DNA of 64,000 bases, from positions 1 through 64,000 of the forward strand of contig NMRA01000341.1 in the NCBI GenBank assembly GCA_002633005.1. Direction: 5' to 3'. The position numbers were made by a program, and so were the translations under genes. The notes beneath the pieces were generated by a model. The model was given only the letters and a program-made list of their open reading frames with translations. It was not told the DNA's origin and ran no database searches. This stretch comes from Phoronis australis. Lineage: Eukaryota > Animalia > Phoronida. Shown piece by piece: positions 27,341 through 41,029 of the stretch (position 1 is the first letter of the stretch; each line of letters begins with the position of its first letter).

Positions 27341-29072
27341 TACCGCGACACCTATAGGCAAGTATCTAAACAGTGACGCCTTGCGGACAGCGGTAAAGCT
27401 GCTGTACGTGAACTTGGAATGGAAATTTATTCCAAGTTCACGCAGGATTCCAAGTTCACGCGCGGCAGAGCAGCCTCGTACCAAGCCTCAAGATGACGCT
27501 GATCGATTTGGGAGAGGGCTGAGAGTTAGCTACACTGAGTAGTTTTCAGTTTCCGGACATTTACGTTATTTGTTTTATATAGGACCTAAACTTTTCATTT
27601 AAGCCAAATGTAACTCACTAAAGTTTTACTAAAATAACGTAACACGATTTTAACATCCAAAAACATCTTGTTTTAAAAATTTCATGGCGTGATAGGTATG
27701 ATAGGTTCTTGAAAGTGCCGGGTTGGACTTTTTCGGCCGAGTCAGTAGAGCAGAAAAACTTTCTGCCTGAGAGGTGAACTGAACTACTCCTGGCATCCAC
27801 CCAGGCCACCACCAGGTCGGCGCTTACAAAGAATGACCAGTGTAGTTGTCGGGTTTGTTGACTAATTTTACCGAGATTTTACTTGTACCTCAAATTGAAG
27901 AGACTGGCCCGTTTCACTCCCACCCTTGGGCCGGGCACATTCCGGCAGGATTTGGAGTGAGGAGCCAGGGGGGACGTGGTTAGAGGTATTAGCAACTAGG
28001 ATTTTGCCCGTCAGATATTTGCACCCCTGAACTGGCCAAATGGAATCTGGGAGAATTTTAGGGGTCGCCATAGACCCCTCCCGGCCCTGATCCCGTAAAC
28101 CCGCCACTACAGCGAACATGAAATAATGTCGTCTCCACTTACGATTATACGGGCCCTGGCACACGTCCTGCGTAAAAACGAAGGTAACAGGTAAAATCAG
28201 ACTTAACAAGTAAAATGAACATAATGGCCAAAATGGCCACAATGGGTCCGAGCTTTTGTGTTAGTATGACAATTAATTCTACTGTATCCGTTCACTGTAA
28301 TCACTGACGTACCGTCTGGGAAGGCTACTTTTAGTCCACATGTTTCATTTTAAACACTCTGGAACGGCTCAATACTGAAAGCCAATATGTTGCACTTAGA
28401 ACAGTCGGAACGGCTAAACCTGACTGTCACTGAGCCACATTTTGTATTTTAACCAATAGGAGACGACTAATGTCACTTAACATTTTGCATATTACTAGAG
28501 ACGCCCTGGAACGGCTACTGCCAGCCAACGTTTTACATTTTATTTTCCAAGATATCCAGCTTCCATCTGGTTCTCTGTACTCGTTTCGTAGAATTGCGTC
28601 AACTTATAAGACCCTGTCACGGTTGTGGGCATCAAAAAGTTTAGGAGAATTTTCGTTTTCAACAGGCGGAAGTGGTAAACGCGTAACTTATTCGAAGTCG
28701 AGATTTTCTCTAGAATCCATAGTCCTTGACCGCAACATCGTTTTTTTTTCAAATTGGGCTGTATTCGTCTGAGTAGGATTTCAAAATAGCTTCACGCGAC
28801 AACATCGAGAGATTCGAAGAACCGTCTTATAGTACGAGTCGAGCGTCAGTTACGTAAGTATTCAATACGTATACCTGTAGTTGAAAGCAATCAAGTAATT
28901 TTTTTACTGAACATTATAGTCAGCAATGTTCAGATTATATGAGACCCTAGAAAAGTATCAAGTTCGGCAAACTTCGATTCATCATATCTGAAAAGTAAAT
29001 TCAATGGCGCTGTCGGCCGAGGTACTAGGCCTATGTTGTTTTATGCACTGGTCTCCAACTTGTATGCGATTG

Positions 29073-29305
29073 CATGCGCGCACCCAGCCTTTAATATGGG
29101 GGGCTCGAATTCCTGACGTTGTGGACCTTTTGGTAACAAAAAAGCGGGCGAAAAAAGGGTGGGCACCACTGTGAATTCCGCGTTTGTGCTTGTTTAGTGT
29201 CTCATTTTCTCGGACTTTTTGTTTCTCGGAGGCGGACCTTTTTGCCCACTTCGCCAAATGGGGGCTCCTTCGAGCCCCCCGAGCTTACCCCTGGGTGCGC
29301 GCATG
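29073..29305. mobile_element. MITE with perfect 15-bp TIRs and a 5-bp TSD (hAT5-like)
   Basis: catgcgcgcacccag ... ctgggtgcgcgcatg flanked by GATTG on both sides. Confidence 0.8.
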
Positions 29306-29809
29306 GATTGGCAATCAGTTTAGGAAACAAAACTCAAAAGTTGCATTTATATACTTTTACTAAGATAAATTCCATAGTTTGTTTCCTCAAATGCGCAGAC
29401 TTCCCGATGAGGTCATACATAACCTTATGCTTGTTCTTTATAACCCTGTCTCAGCGCAAGCTGAACACGAGCATTAACTAAAAATCAACAGTTTCACTCA
29501 CTTTACACTGCTGTGTGTTAGAACTGAAATGGATTTTTTCCATAAAACGTGTCGATTGTTTTGGTAAGTACAGGCTTATACTCAACTAGTCGGGATGCAA
29601 TCATAGCCAAGTATTCTTGTCATAATGCGTCAGACACGGTGAACTTAGTGGAAAGATAATTGTAATTAGCGACGCAACCGGAATTACACTTTTTAGAGCT
29701 ATACTTTCACATCCGACCATCTATTTGGCAGTTCGGGAGTGCGAATGACGGGCAAAATCCTAGCTATTACTCTNCCCCCCCCCCTTCACTCAATCCTGGA
29801 TCCCCCCTG

Positions 29810-29977
29810 GTAGTGTAACTGTAGTGTAAATGTTGTGTAACTCTGGTGTAACTGTAGTGTAATGGCAGTGTAACTGTGGTGTAACTGTAGTGTAAATGTA
29901 GTGTAACTGTGGTGTAAGCTATATTGTAAATAATGTAGTGTAACTTTGGTGTAAATACAGGTGTAGTGTAACTGTAA
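29810..29977. repeat. ~11-bp degenerate minisatellite
   Basis: (gtagtgtaact)n. Confidence 0.85.
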
Positions 29978-31130
29978 TGCACGTATCGGTAAATTTTTCA
30001 AATGAATTGGGCAAGATTAAAATGACTATTTGTACCTTTCGTCACAAAATTCCAACTTTTCAACACTTTTCCAGTTTTCATTCATAAATACCCGCTGGCC
30101 CATAGGTTGTGTCAGTCATCTGATCAGTCTACTTCTAGTAACGATCAATAATCATTTTCCTTAACTTTAGCATTCAACTACCATTTATCGTGTTTCAATA
30201 AACATTCGACATGGATCTAACATCCATCAATCGCTTACCGTGACTCACGTCTCGGGTTTCTATCTATCTGAGCTCACACTCATCAAATACTTTAACATCC
30301 AATAGCGGTTAATCATGATTTCACCATCTGGAAGTGTGCTCAGGTGACTGAATAATTTGAATGATTTTTCCGGCTTTTAATCTAGACAAGCATACCTGTT
30401 TTAAGAGGAGCTAAAATCCTTTGCAATTGAACTAATCACGTCACGGAGTAATTCAGCTGACAAATCCTTGCAACAAGTGATACGAGTATAGTTAGGATTC
30501 CTTGAAGTTTTTTGTCTAGACCGATCTGGTAGACGATGAGCCACGTTGATCGCTCGTTTATTTTGTTGACTTTTTGTGCACATGTGGGTTTTAACCGCTG
30601 CCTAAGAAATGTCTGTCAACTGTGGAAATATCAGTGGCACCATCCAGAACCGATTAAGAGACTGAGTGCCGCCATTAGGTTCCGGGCTACTGTATATCCG
30701 GCAATTATAAAGCATTTGAAAAATTAAAGAAACGATAATTTATTTATCATTATGTTATTGTTTCTGCAAACACTGATCAAACAATTTACTAAATAATCGA
30801 GAACAAAGAAGTGCGCACATACCGAACCTCGTCACGTCTCCTTTATAATGACGAGGTTACTGAAAATGTCATCACAGCTGTTTTCATCAATATTAATCTC
30901 TTCTTGGTATTTGCTCGTCTTGTACCCAGCAAGAAACAAGACAATTTACAATGACGTAAATTGAACTGCATTTCCTGCTTTTCATGAGGTAGAATGTCAA
31001 CATGTAATTTTAAGCTTTGACCGAAAAAAGTTAACCACATTCGATGTAGCGATTTAATTAAACCTGTTATTTCTCATTTGCACTGGTGTATAATTCTTGC
31101 ATGTTTTTCCTGATGTCCACGTAGGCTATT

Positions 31131-32420
31131 TATGTAGTGTACTGTAGTATGCATGTATGAATGTGGTGTACTGAAGTACCTATGACTGTAGTGTACTGTA
31201 GTATGTATGAATGTAGTGTACTGTAGTATGTATGAATGTAGTGTACTATAGTATGTATGAATGTAGTGTACTGTAGTATGTATGAATGTAGTGTACTGTA
31301 GTATGTATGAATGTAGTGTACTGTAGTATGTATGAATGTAGTGTACTGTAGTATGTATGAATGTAGTGTACTATAGTATGTATGAATGTAGTGTACTGTA
31401 GTATGTATGAATGTAGTGTACTGTAGTATGTATGAATGTAGTGTACTGTAGTATGTATGAATGTAGTGTACTGTAGTATGTATGAATGTAGTGTACTATA
31501 GTATGTATGAATGTAGTGTACTGTAGTATGTATGAATGTAGTGTACTGTAGTATGTATGAATGTAGTGTACTGTAGTATGTATGAATGTAGTGTACTGTA
31601 GTATGTATGAATGTAGTGTACTATAGTATGTATGAATGTAGTGTACTGTAGTATGTATGAATGTAGTGTACTGTAGTATGTATGAATGTAGTGTACTGTA
31701 GTATGTATGAATGTAGTGTACTGTAGTATGTATGAATGTAGTGTACTGTAGTATGTATGAATGTAGTGTACTGTAGTATGTATGAATGTAGTGTACTGTA
31801 GTATGTATGAATGTAGTGTACTGTAGTATGTATGAATGTAGTGTACTGTAGTATGTATGAATGTAGTGTACTGTAGTATGTATGAATGTAGTGTACTGTA
31901 GTATGTATGAATGTAGTGTACTGTAGTATGTATGAATGTAGTGTACTGTAGTATGTATGAATGTAGTGTACTATAGTATGTATGAATGTAGTGTACTGTA
32001 GTATGTATGAATGTAGTGTACTGTAGTATGTATGAATGTAGTGTACTATAGTATGTATGAATGTAGTGTACTGTAGTATGCATGAATGTAGTGTACTGTA
32101 GTACGTATGAATGTAGTGTACTGTAGTATGTATGAATGTAATGTACTGTAGTATGAATGAAAGTAGTGTACTGTAGTATGTATGAATCTAGTGTATTGTA
32201 GTATGCATGAATGTAGTGTACCGTTGTTTGTATGACTGTAGTGTAGTGTAGTATGTATGCATGAAGTGTACTGTACTATGTATACATGTAGTGTACCGTA
32301 GTATGTATGTAGTGTACTGTAGTATATATGCATGTAGTGCAGTGTGGTATGTATGCATGAAGTATGCTGTAGTATGCATTTATGTTGTGTGTAGGGTAAT
32401 GTTGTATGCATGCATGTAGT
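31131..32420. repeat. 25-bp tandem array with decayed edges
   Basis: (atgtagtgtactgtagtatgtatga)n, near-perfect over ~31190-32150. Confidence 0.97.
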
Positions 32421-34466
32421 ACACTCAGCAGTTTTTCCTGACTAGGGGCTTGAAAAACCAAGTCGATTCAGTGTTCCAGAAGGATGTACAAAACCTGAAA
32501 AAAAATTACCAAAATATTTCAAAAAAAATCACAAAATCTATTGAAACTGATTCCAAAGTCAACTTATCTTCCCTCGCTGGTTCCGTGCGTGCTACTAGGT
32601 GGTCGGTAGCCAGCACGCGTGCTGGCTAGGCACGTAGGGAACCCGCGAGCTTATCATCCTTTTACGACTACCGGAAGTGCAGCCGGCTACTTGAACAAAC
32701 GAGCCAAAATACGCCAAATCAGCAGTTTTCACCCCAAAGCCACCATTTGTATGCGTTTACTAACAACTGAGAGACAGTGCACAAAGACTCTCAAAACTCT
32801 CCAGATTCCAGGTTAGTGTCAACTAGCCAGATATTTAAGAAATCCAAAGAGTTTGAAAGGTATTTTTTGCTAGATTTCAATTTCCAGCTTGCAAGCAGTA
32901 AAGGTTTAAGAAAACCAAAAAGTGGCACAAGGGGTAAACAGCTGACAACCTTTTACCCAGAACAGATTAAAAAATCAAGAAAATGCCATTCATAGCCTTC
33001 ACATGTAGCACAGATCTTGAAATTCCCAGCCAACCCAGCAGCTGTCAATTTTTAATGAAATTGTATATCGTGGCACAAGAAAACGGAGTACCATCTTAAT
33101 ATCAGAGGTCTCCAGCCCGTCCCCACCGTCCTGACGTCATAATTATGGTTGAGCTACCTGTGATCAGCCGAATCGGACGCGGTGATCACAGTTAGATTTC
33201 GAAGATAAAAGGACACTTATCAGAGGAAATGAACTTTAGCTGCTGGCAGATAGTTGTGTGAACGAGTATTTACCGGGTGATATTCGTTAGGCATACATGT
33301 AGTTGAAGTAAGCCAACACTAAAAATCGGGCGCAGCTGGCTATTCAGTGGTCATCGCCTCTTTGGATAATTTGTCCGCAACCTCTCCACGTCCGATATCC
33401 GTCATCTGTTGCAACGTTTTAATGCTATTTTCGTTAAAATACATTTCTTAAAATATTAGTGCTGGCGGTATTGCTAATTAATACTTTTTCATATTGCTTG
33501 GATATAAAAAGCTAGAGCTGATCGGAAAAGTTTAACATCTACTGCTGATTTTAAAAACGCAGATGACAGGTTTAAACTCGCACAATTTTATTCGACTTTT
33601 TTAAAACTGATAAATAACTGACGACATTTCTCTGCAGTTACAAAAGGCCACCACCACAGAGTTGAAACGTTATCAGTAGTCTGCTAATCAGACTTCAGAT
33701 GCCATTTAAAGTTGCTTTGATTTCTGTAAAATAGTTCACCGATTTTTAAAAGTGGAAGACAATGTGAAGGATATTTCCGCGAATTTTAGGGTTGAAGTTT
33801 TTATTTAGACCCTTGTTATTTTCCTTTGCTTATGACCAGATAAAATCACAATTAATCAAGCCTCGTCAACTCCAACAATAGATCAGCATTGGGCACATGA
33901 GGAATTGTTATAGACATCAATTTTTGGCCCGGCGCAACTGACACGGAGCGAATTAATCGGTGTCAAGCGTTCGTTTACACACACACTACCCTACCTGTGG
34001 CATGATGGAAATTGTAGACTGGAGAGTGGATCACACATGCGCAGGTTTACAAATGACGCGAACCTGTATTTTGGTCATTACACAAGCGCAGTAGAGATGA
34101 TCCTTTCCGCCTTGCCCCAGTTTCGCGTTTAGACACATAACTGACACGGAGCAAGATGCTCTAGCGCAAACTGCTCTACCTCACAAACGGGTGGTAAAAG
34201 TTGTCACCGCGGTGTCAATTTGCTCCAGTTCATTTCCGTTTACACACATACTTGCGCTGGAACAACTCGTTCCATGTCAGCTTATCCGTGTCAACTTTTG
34301 TAGTGTAAACGGCACTTTAGCGTATGTCGTGGTGACATACCGTTTTCCCTAGGCTGTGTGTGTGTGTGNGCTTGTAAGGAAAAACTGTTAGGTGATGAAT
34401 GAAGATTTGTGTGCCAAAATGTACAATCTAATAGTTTTCGCTCGTGTTTTGTTGCAGTGCAATAAA

Positions 34467-34590
34467 ATGAGTATGCTTTGGTGGCTATCAGCGCCAATCA
34501 TCGGGTTCTTGGCTCTACGTTGGTACATCAGACGCACTAAACAATGTCCTTCGCACATGAGGTTAGACCACCATACTGTTGTTATCACTG
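34467..34590 (+). CDS. RDH11/12/13-like SDR, coding exon 1
   Basis: MSMLWWLSAPIIGFLALRWYIRRTKQCPSHMRLDHHTVVIT(G): N-terminal membrane anchor, C.S..RL motif and the start of TGxxxGIG. GTAAGT donor. Confidence 0.88.
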
Positions 34591-35374
34591 GTAAGTAATG
34601 CATTTGTATTATGAACATGTAATCGTAACAAGTAGATTATTTGTGGAATGCAGTCAAGTGAAACATTTGGCTCTCCTCTGCCTTCCAATAACTGAACGTC
34701 TTCAAAGTTCCAGCCATGCTTGGGTGACGGGGTGAAACTAGAAGTTTGGAATGTGGAAAATCCATTTAAACGACATTTGAACCGACATGTTAGTAAGCCT
34801 ACCGATTTCACCCGAAATGAAACTGATAACTCTCGTGGAGGTACACGGAGAACATACATGTACAATATGATCCTTGAAGTTCTCTGGCGTTTTTAACCCA
34901 GCTTATCGATGCAGTCGGTGATCTTTTCGATCGCCACGGATAGCTAGAATTCAAATCAATTTATTCTGGAACTCAACGGCCATCGGCCCATATGTACAAA
35001 GTATATAAAACATTTTAAATTGTAGAGAGCGAATAATCGTTCTTTCAGAGTACCAAAGGAGTGAAAAGTATAACATGTATTTTGTGGATCTGAATTTTTA
35101 GCCAGTGGCACTTGGACAAACAGCCAAGTCATTGCATGGGAGATACGTACAAAATAGTTCATCTTCGATACGTATTTCGTCAGTGAAAGAGACGAATCTT
35201 CGAGACCAATACAAAGGCGTCTTCCTGGCTCGATGCGCGGGCGACACGTGGCTTAACCAACTTATACAATATACTTGTAAAAAACAACTTTTATCCGGGG
35301 CAATTGACTGAGAGCAATTCTTGGCAATTCAAAATCCAGATAACCTTAATCTTCAGTATCACAACTTGGCTTAA

Positions 35375-35974
35375 AGGGGTTCGACATAGTTTTAATTTTT
35401 TGCGTTTCTTATTTTTGGTTTTGAATACCCAGTCAAATAGTAGCGTGCTGGCGTCTACATCGACTTGGTTTTTGAGCTATTTTAACTAAAACAGCGACAC
35501 AGAGGAACGAACATTTGACATCAAAAGCGCGTCAGTAAATTTCAATCGATAAGAGAGGACATAAATAGGGTCATTCCAATAAATCCTCAGTGATGTTTTA
35601 AGAAATTGTGCCTTTTGCGTGTCGATTTCACCAAAAATCAATAGGATTCTGCAATAAATACGTCTCTTCATATTCTGACAAAAATCCGTGACTTATCTTC
35701 ACCTTTTACTTGAAAACCAGCTTCCAAAACGAACATTCTTGAAGCGAAGATGCTGGTGAAATCAAAAGGAACACGCCGAATAAATCATCAAATCATAATT
35801 TATTCCTTAAAAGGTTACTAATCCATGTTTTGAGGATTTCAGCCAATCCTCACCGTTCTGTCACTTACTAATGCATAATTGGCGTCAGTCTTCAAAGATA
35901 AAAACAGGACTTTACTAAAAACTTATACTCGCTATGTCACATGGACATGGCTTTTGATGGGTGGTCGATAACCT
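35375..35974. mobile_element. Non-autonomous Kolobok-like element (~600 bp)
   Basis: TTAA|aggggttcgac ... gtcgataacct|TTAA: imperfect TIRs with AGG/CCT termini. Confidence 0.55.
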
Positions 35975-36128
35975 TTAAAATGCAGTTTAAAATGTGCATT
36001 TTGATCCTAAAATATTAAAAATAATTGTGACATCATTAACACCGAGTTGCATACAAATTTTGGATGCATTTCTATGTTAATTAGACTGTTGGTTTATGTT
36101 TTGATTCTTTCATTGGCATTATCCCCAA

Positions 36129-36498
36129 AATGAACACATCATTCAAAACAAGCTAAATATGCATAACCATTATTAAATGAACACATCATTCAAAACAAGC
36201 TAAATATGCATAACCATTATTAAATGAACACATCATTCAAAACAAGCTAAATATGCATAACCATTATTAAATGAACACATCATTCAAAGCAAGCTAAATA
36301 TGCATAACCATTATTAAATGAACACATCAATCAAAAAAAGCTAAATATGCGTAACAATTATTAAATGAACACATCATTCAAAACAAGCTAAATATGCATA
36401 ACCATTATTAAATGAACACATCATTGAAAACAAGCTAAATATGCATAACCATTATTAAATGAACACATAATTCAAAACAAGCTAAATATGCACAACCA
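36129..36498. repeat. 47-bp tandem array, ~8 copies
   Basis: aatgaacacatcattcaaaacaagctaaatatgcataaccattatta units. Confidence 0.95.
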
Positions 36499-37303
36499 AA
36501 TCGTCATTCTTAGTCCAACTGACCATACTGAGGTGATTTTGAATGGGCATTTTGCTGCCGCTGCTCTTTACCGTATGGAAACATTACCGCGCTCATCAGA
36601 TCTTGAATTGTGGTCACACGAGTCTGCACCCATTATCAGAATAAGGCAGCTTTAAAATAAAACATCTCGACAGATCTATGTAGTGTACTTTGACGGCTAG
36701 CCTGTGTCAAACAGTGTTTACTTTAAATAATGTATTGCAGTCTTGCATGTAGCTGTTTTACTACCACTATTTTTCAGCTATCTGTTTAAGATTCAGACCA
36801 GTTAACGCAGTCAACTTGTCATTTATTTAGATGATGGCTTCCCTATTTATTGACACCATGGTAACCGCATACAATGACACCACGTGACGAGTCTGGTATC
36901 AATAAATATCAAATTTTCATCTCTTTTGAAGCCCCGAACCACTTCAAATGTGCCTAAGCAACATTTGCAAACCAAATCCAATGCCTTATGGTTTAGAACA
37001 AACACGATTTTTCGAGAGATTCCATAAAGGCATCAAGAACATAAGCACAATAACAAAAAAAAAATCTGTTTCAAGATAAAGTCTCATCACCCGTTTTCCG
37101 TTTCCGATTGGGTCTCCTGCTGATTCAGAGCAAGTTACGCCTACTAAATTAGACATAATAGATTTGATTGTTCTCGTTTGGTGCCTCTTAGCCTAATTAT
37201 CTTCCGTAATTAGTTTATTTTTATACATGCCACGTACAGTATAAGTGGCCACAATACTTCCTGGTATCATGGCCGACGAAAATCACGATAAGTATACACG
37301 TGC

Positions 37304-37467
37304 CATTGGCGGATTAAGGGGGGAGGCATGGGGGCCATGGCACCACTAAAGTTTTCCCAGATTCCATTTGGCAGTTAGGGGGTGCGAACGTCTGAGGGGC
37401 AAAATCCTGACTAATAGGCCTACTGTGCCCTGGCCCCAGCTAACTCAAAGTCCTGAATCCGCCCCTG
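37304..37467. mobile_element. Short hAT-type MITE; relatives at ~27960-28090 and ~29720-29809
   Basis: cattggcggatt...aatccgcccctg termini. The internal atttggcagtt.ggg.gtgcgaa...gggcaaaatcct motif is shared among the three copies. Confidence 0.55.
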
Positions 37468-38368
37468 CCGTCCCTAGATTGTTTTTCGTTCAGTCGTGAG
37501 TCCGCCCGTAGTGCGCATCGTCACACTGGATGCCTTTCGGCACATCTGAGTACAGAAGTGCATTATAACCTGCAAGCAGAAAAAACAAGAAAGGCCAATG
37601 ACATTATTAGGTAAAGATGCAAAATATTTATAGTCAAATGAACAGAAAATTTTCTATTTGCAAAAATGACAACTCCGAAAAATACGATTTTTCTCGTAAA
37701 TATTAGTATTACAGGCTGACATGTGCACTATGTAGTTAGTATTTCTCACATGACCTGGAATGCGTTACGACACGATTGGTTGATAACACCGAGTACGTAA
37801 TTTTTATATTACATGGGCGAATCACAAAGTAGTGCAAAGTAGAAAAGCATGCGCCTTACAATCTATCGTCTGCAAAACTCTAATACCAACAACCAAACAC
37901 TCGCCAACCAAATAATACCGGAATTCCGAGGTGGCAAATCGGGTATTGCAAATGTACGTACTCCAGTCACAAACAACATCTTAAAAGGACCCATCTTCGG
38001 CGGCGAATACCGACGTTCATTCAAACGTAGACGAACCCCAACTCATGAATCGCGGTGAGACCAACGAGTGTGTCTTGCCATTCGCCGCAATGGTTATTGG
38101 TCGAAAAACTAGCGCCCCAAACGGCGAATAAGCAACACTAATTGAGCGCGGAGTCCGAACGATGTAAGCATAAATAAATTCATACTTTAACGACGTTCGA
38201 CGCGCAATAAAATTACTGTGTGATTGAAAATGGGTAAAATACGTAAATTAACATCCATCCACTTATGAAAATGTGTGGTTTAATCAATATTAAAGAGTAT
38301 TTGCTTTCATTCTCTTGAAGCTCCCTTCAAAAGTCATCATGGTTTTGTTTCATGTTTTGAGTTCTTAA

Positions 38369-40039
38369 GGGAGAATGCCACCCGATTTAGTTAGTCTTTT
38401 TGCCGTCTTAATCGGTCTATATCCACATCGCCTCGCATACGGTCGACCTTACCTTGCCAAGACGTGTCGCGAGGAAGGTGAGAAATTTCGCTAGCGACGT
38501 CAGTGGTTCATGTGCAGAGTGAATGCCGCTATGTTGCGGTGCATCGTTCCCGCTTGTCCGAACTAAGAAATTGCGAGGAAAGCAGGTATATCGTTTTTTT
38601 ACTTCCTCGAGAGTCCGAAATGCTTAAGAAGTGGCTCATGGTAGTGAAGAATGAAATGTACGCTGTAAATAGCAAGTATGAGGCCGTGAAACATCTCCGT
38701 GTCTGTGGCCTGCAGACGTCGACAGTGCCTGACTAATGTCGGCTTACCAAATAACTCCATACGTCCCGTTGTCTGAGCTTGTTCACGGCGCCTCTCTAGT
38801 ATTTCTTCATCACTGTATTCCTGTTCGAATTGATAGCCTGTAAAATTTAACGATCCACCTGCGAAGTCGGGACAGATGAGCTCTAGCTCGTCCTAAGTCG
38901 TGATTGCGAGTTGCCATGTTGGCGTTTATTACTGAGCGTTCTGTTTCAAAATGAATTATTCCCGCCCTAACCAATACTTGTATCAAACTGAAAAAGTCTG
39001 CCTCATTAGATGCAGTTTGTAATGCTTTTGGAGTGTTCGTGAATGCAAATGATTTGAGAAGCCAGCAATGAATAAATCACTGCGTTACCGGCTTTAGGTG
39101 CAATGAAACTAATTGACGGGACACCGAGGCCGTGTGAGCTCATGCTAATTTAATGTTTGCTGGCAGAAACTGTTGTGAAACAACTCGATTTCTATCCCAC
39201 GGCCAGGTGTTAGGGGAATCTTTATTTACATTTACATTACTCAAATAATGATTGTCAATGTACAACTTCTGCCCTGACGGTGCTGTGACCAAAGCGGAAC
39301 CTGAATGTGCGCGGCCCCCGACGAGTAAGTAGATTTGAAGTTTCGTGGCTAATTCACCAACATATTCGTGTGCACATTACTTTGGCTCACTATAGTATAG
39401 TATTTTCTTGACAGGAAGTTTAGTTCCCACTGAACTTTGGCTGGTTTATGTTCGTGATGTCTGATCAGTTTCCGAGCCACTGGCTGGGATAACTTACGGG
39501 TCAATCCGGCCGGCCGCTACGGGCCTGACCGGGCTCCTAGCCACTGGCCAGGATAACAAGCGTTTTGTGTTTAGAACTAAAAAAGTCACAAGTCTAAACA
39601 ACACAGATCTAGGTTCTCCTGTCTGTATCTCACGGAAAATACTTCGAAATTATCTCCGAACAGACCCCAAAATCCTGCTACGGACCTTATTGGCCTGCCG
39701 AACTTTGTAGGCTACGATGTGTCCAAATACCAATAAATCCGTAAGAACGAAATAAAACAACACGTTTTTTTAGAACTCGGTGTATTTTTAAGGGTTTTAC
39801 ATCGAAGTTTGATGATTTATTGGTGTTAAACGATGACTTCAAGCGATAAGCTGACACCAGTAACCCGTGTTGTGAACTGCTGAACAGACTGCCTGTGAAA
39901 CCGATGACGTCATTGGATAATTTCAATACCTCCGTCTGCCGTCAGGTGTCAGGTAACGCAACCGTACGTGTCGTTATGGAGTAGAACTACTCGATCTAAA
40001 TTTATACAAATTAGGTTGTTTTTTGGGTGGCATGCTCCT
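38369..40039 (+). mobile_element. Non-autonomous Kolobok-type DNA transposon with a THAP-domain relic
   Basis: TTAA|gggagaatgccaccc ... gggtggcatgctcct|TTAA (13/15 TIR match). At ~38522-38715, CIVPACPN*...GISFF/LPRESEMLKKWL...HLRVCGL resembles a THAP C2CH zinc finger. Confidence 0.75.
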
Positions 40040-41029
40040 TTAATAAGGGAAATTACCGTTCCATATAACATTTCATCCCTCCATAAATTTCATAATTTTA
40101 GTGATATTGCTCCTGGGGGTTAAGGGGGGTAGTTGCCTCCACTCCAGGTGCCAGCAAAGGGGTACAAGGGGGAGTGCAAACCAGGTAAAAACCAGGTGGG
40201 CTCCAAATGGGTATTGACCCCTTCCCAGGGGGTTGCACAAGAGGAGCGCTAAACAGGTAAAACCAATGGGGTATGCCACATCAGTGTGACCATTGACAAC
40301 ATGTGCTAAGGTGATGATAAGATTTAGCCCACTGTGCATGCCCCCAAAGACATTTTGTAATGACCGGTGGCCATGCCCTGTCGTTATGTCAGGGCATCCT
40401 GGGTATTTTCTAACTTTTCAATATAAGTGTCGATCCAGGGATTATTTTTAGGGCCGCGCCCCGCATCATAAACGTATAAAAGCTTCCACTGATGCACTTA
40501 ACTTTGGCCATCTGGCACATTAAAATTTTGTCAATTTTTCGCCAAGACCCACAGATTCTCTAATTTGACTCGTAGATCGATTTGAAGCCCGGTAGTTGTA
40601 ACTGTGGCCGTCACCGGTCATATTCTATTTGACTCATGGGCATGAGCATGATTGTTTTTCTATCCTTGCGATTTTTCGTTAGTTACATGTTGACATTTTC
40701 ACACACAAAATGAAAGACAATTCATGATATTATTGAATAACAAATAATCCTTGCCTTTCGAGATCGGAAGCCCAAAAAATGACAATTCTGTGTTTTCGTG
40801 GATGAATTTGTGCAACTTATTGTGCTGCAAAAGGCGTCCTTCCCCATTGTTCCAGCGCTTCGTACTTGACCATTGCTTAACGGCTACTTGGCGGCGATAG
40901 TAGTTGCGATGACACCGAATTCATAAGTGAACACTCCCATTATACTGCACTCCTTGGTCTCGCCATGGAGTGTACTACAAAAGGTGTACTTGACCATTGC
41001 TTATTCGCAACTTGGCGGCGCTACTACCC

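Noticed and set aside
31496-32461. 195-aa and neighbouring His/Thr/Tyr ORFs
   Set aside because: They are translations of the 25-bp satellite.
34392-34466. N-terminal extension of the SDR from the upstream in-frame start
   Set aside because: A pyrimidine tract and CAG acceptor at 34457 precede the ATG at 34467, so the upstream part is probably intron.
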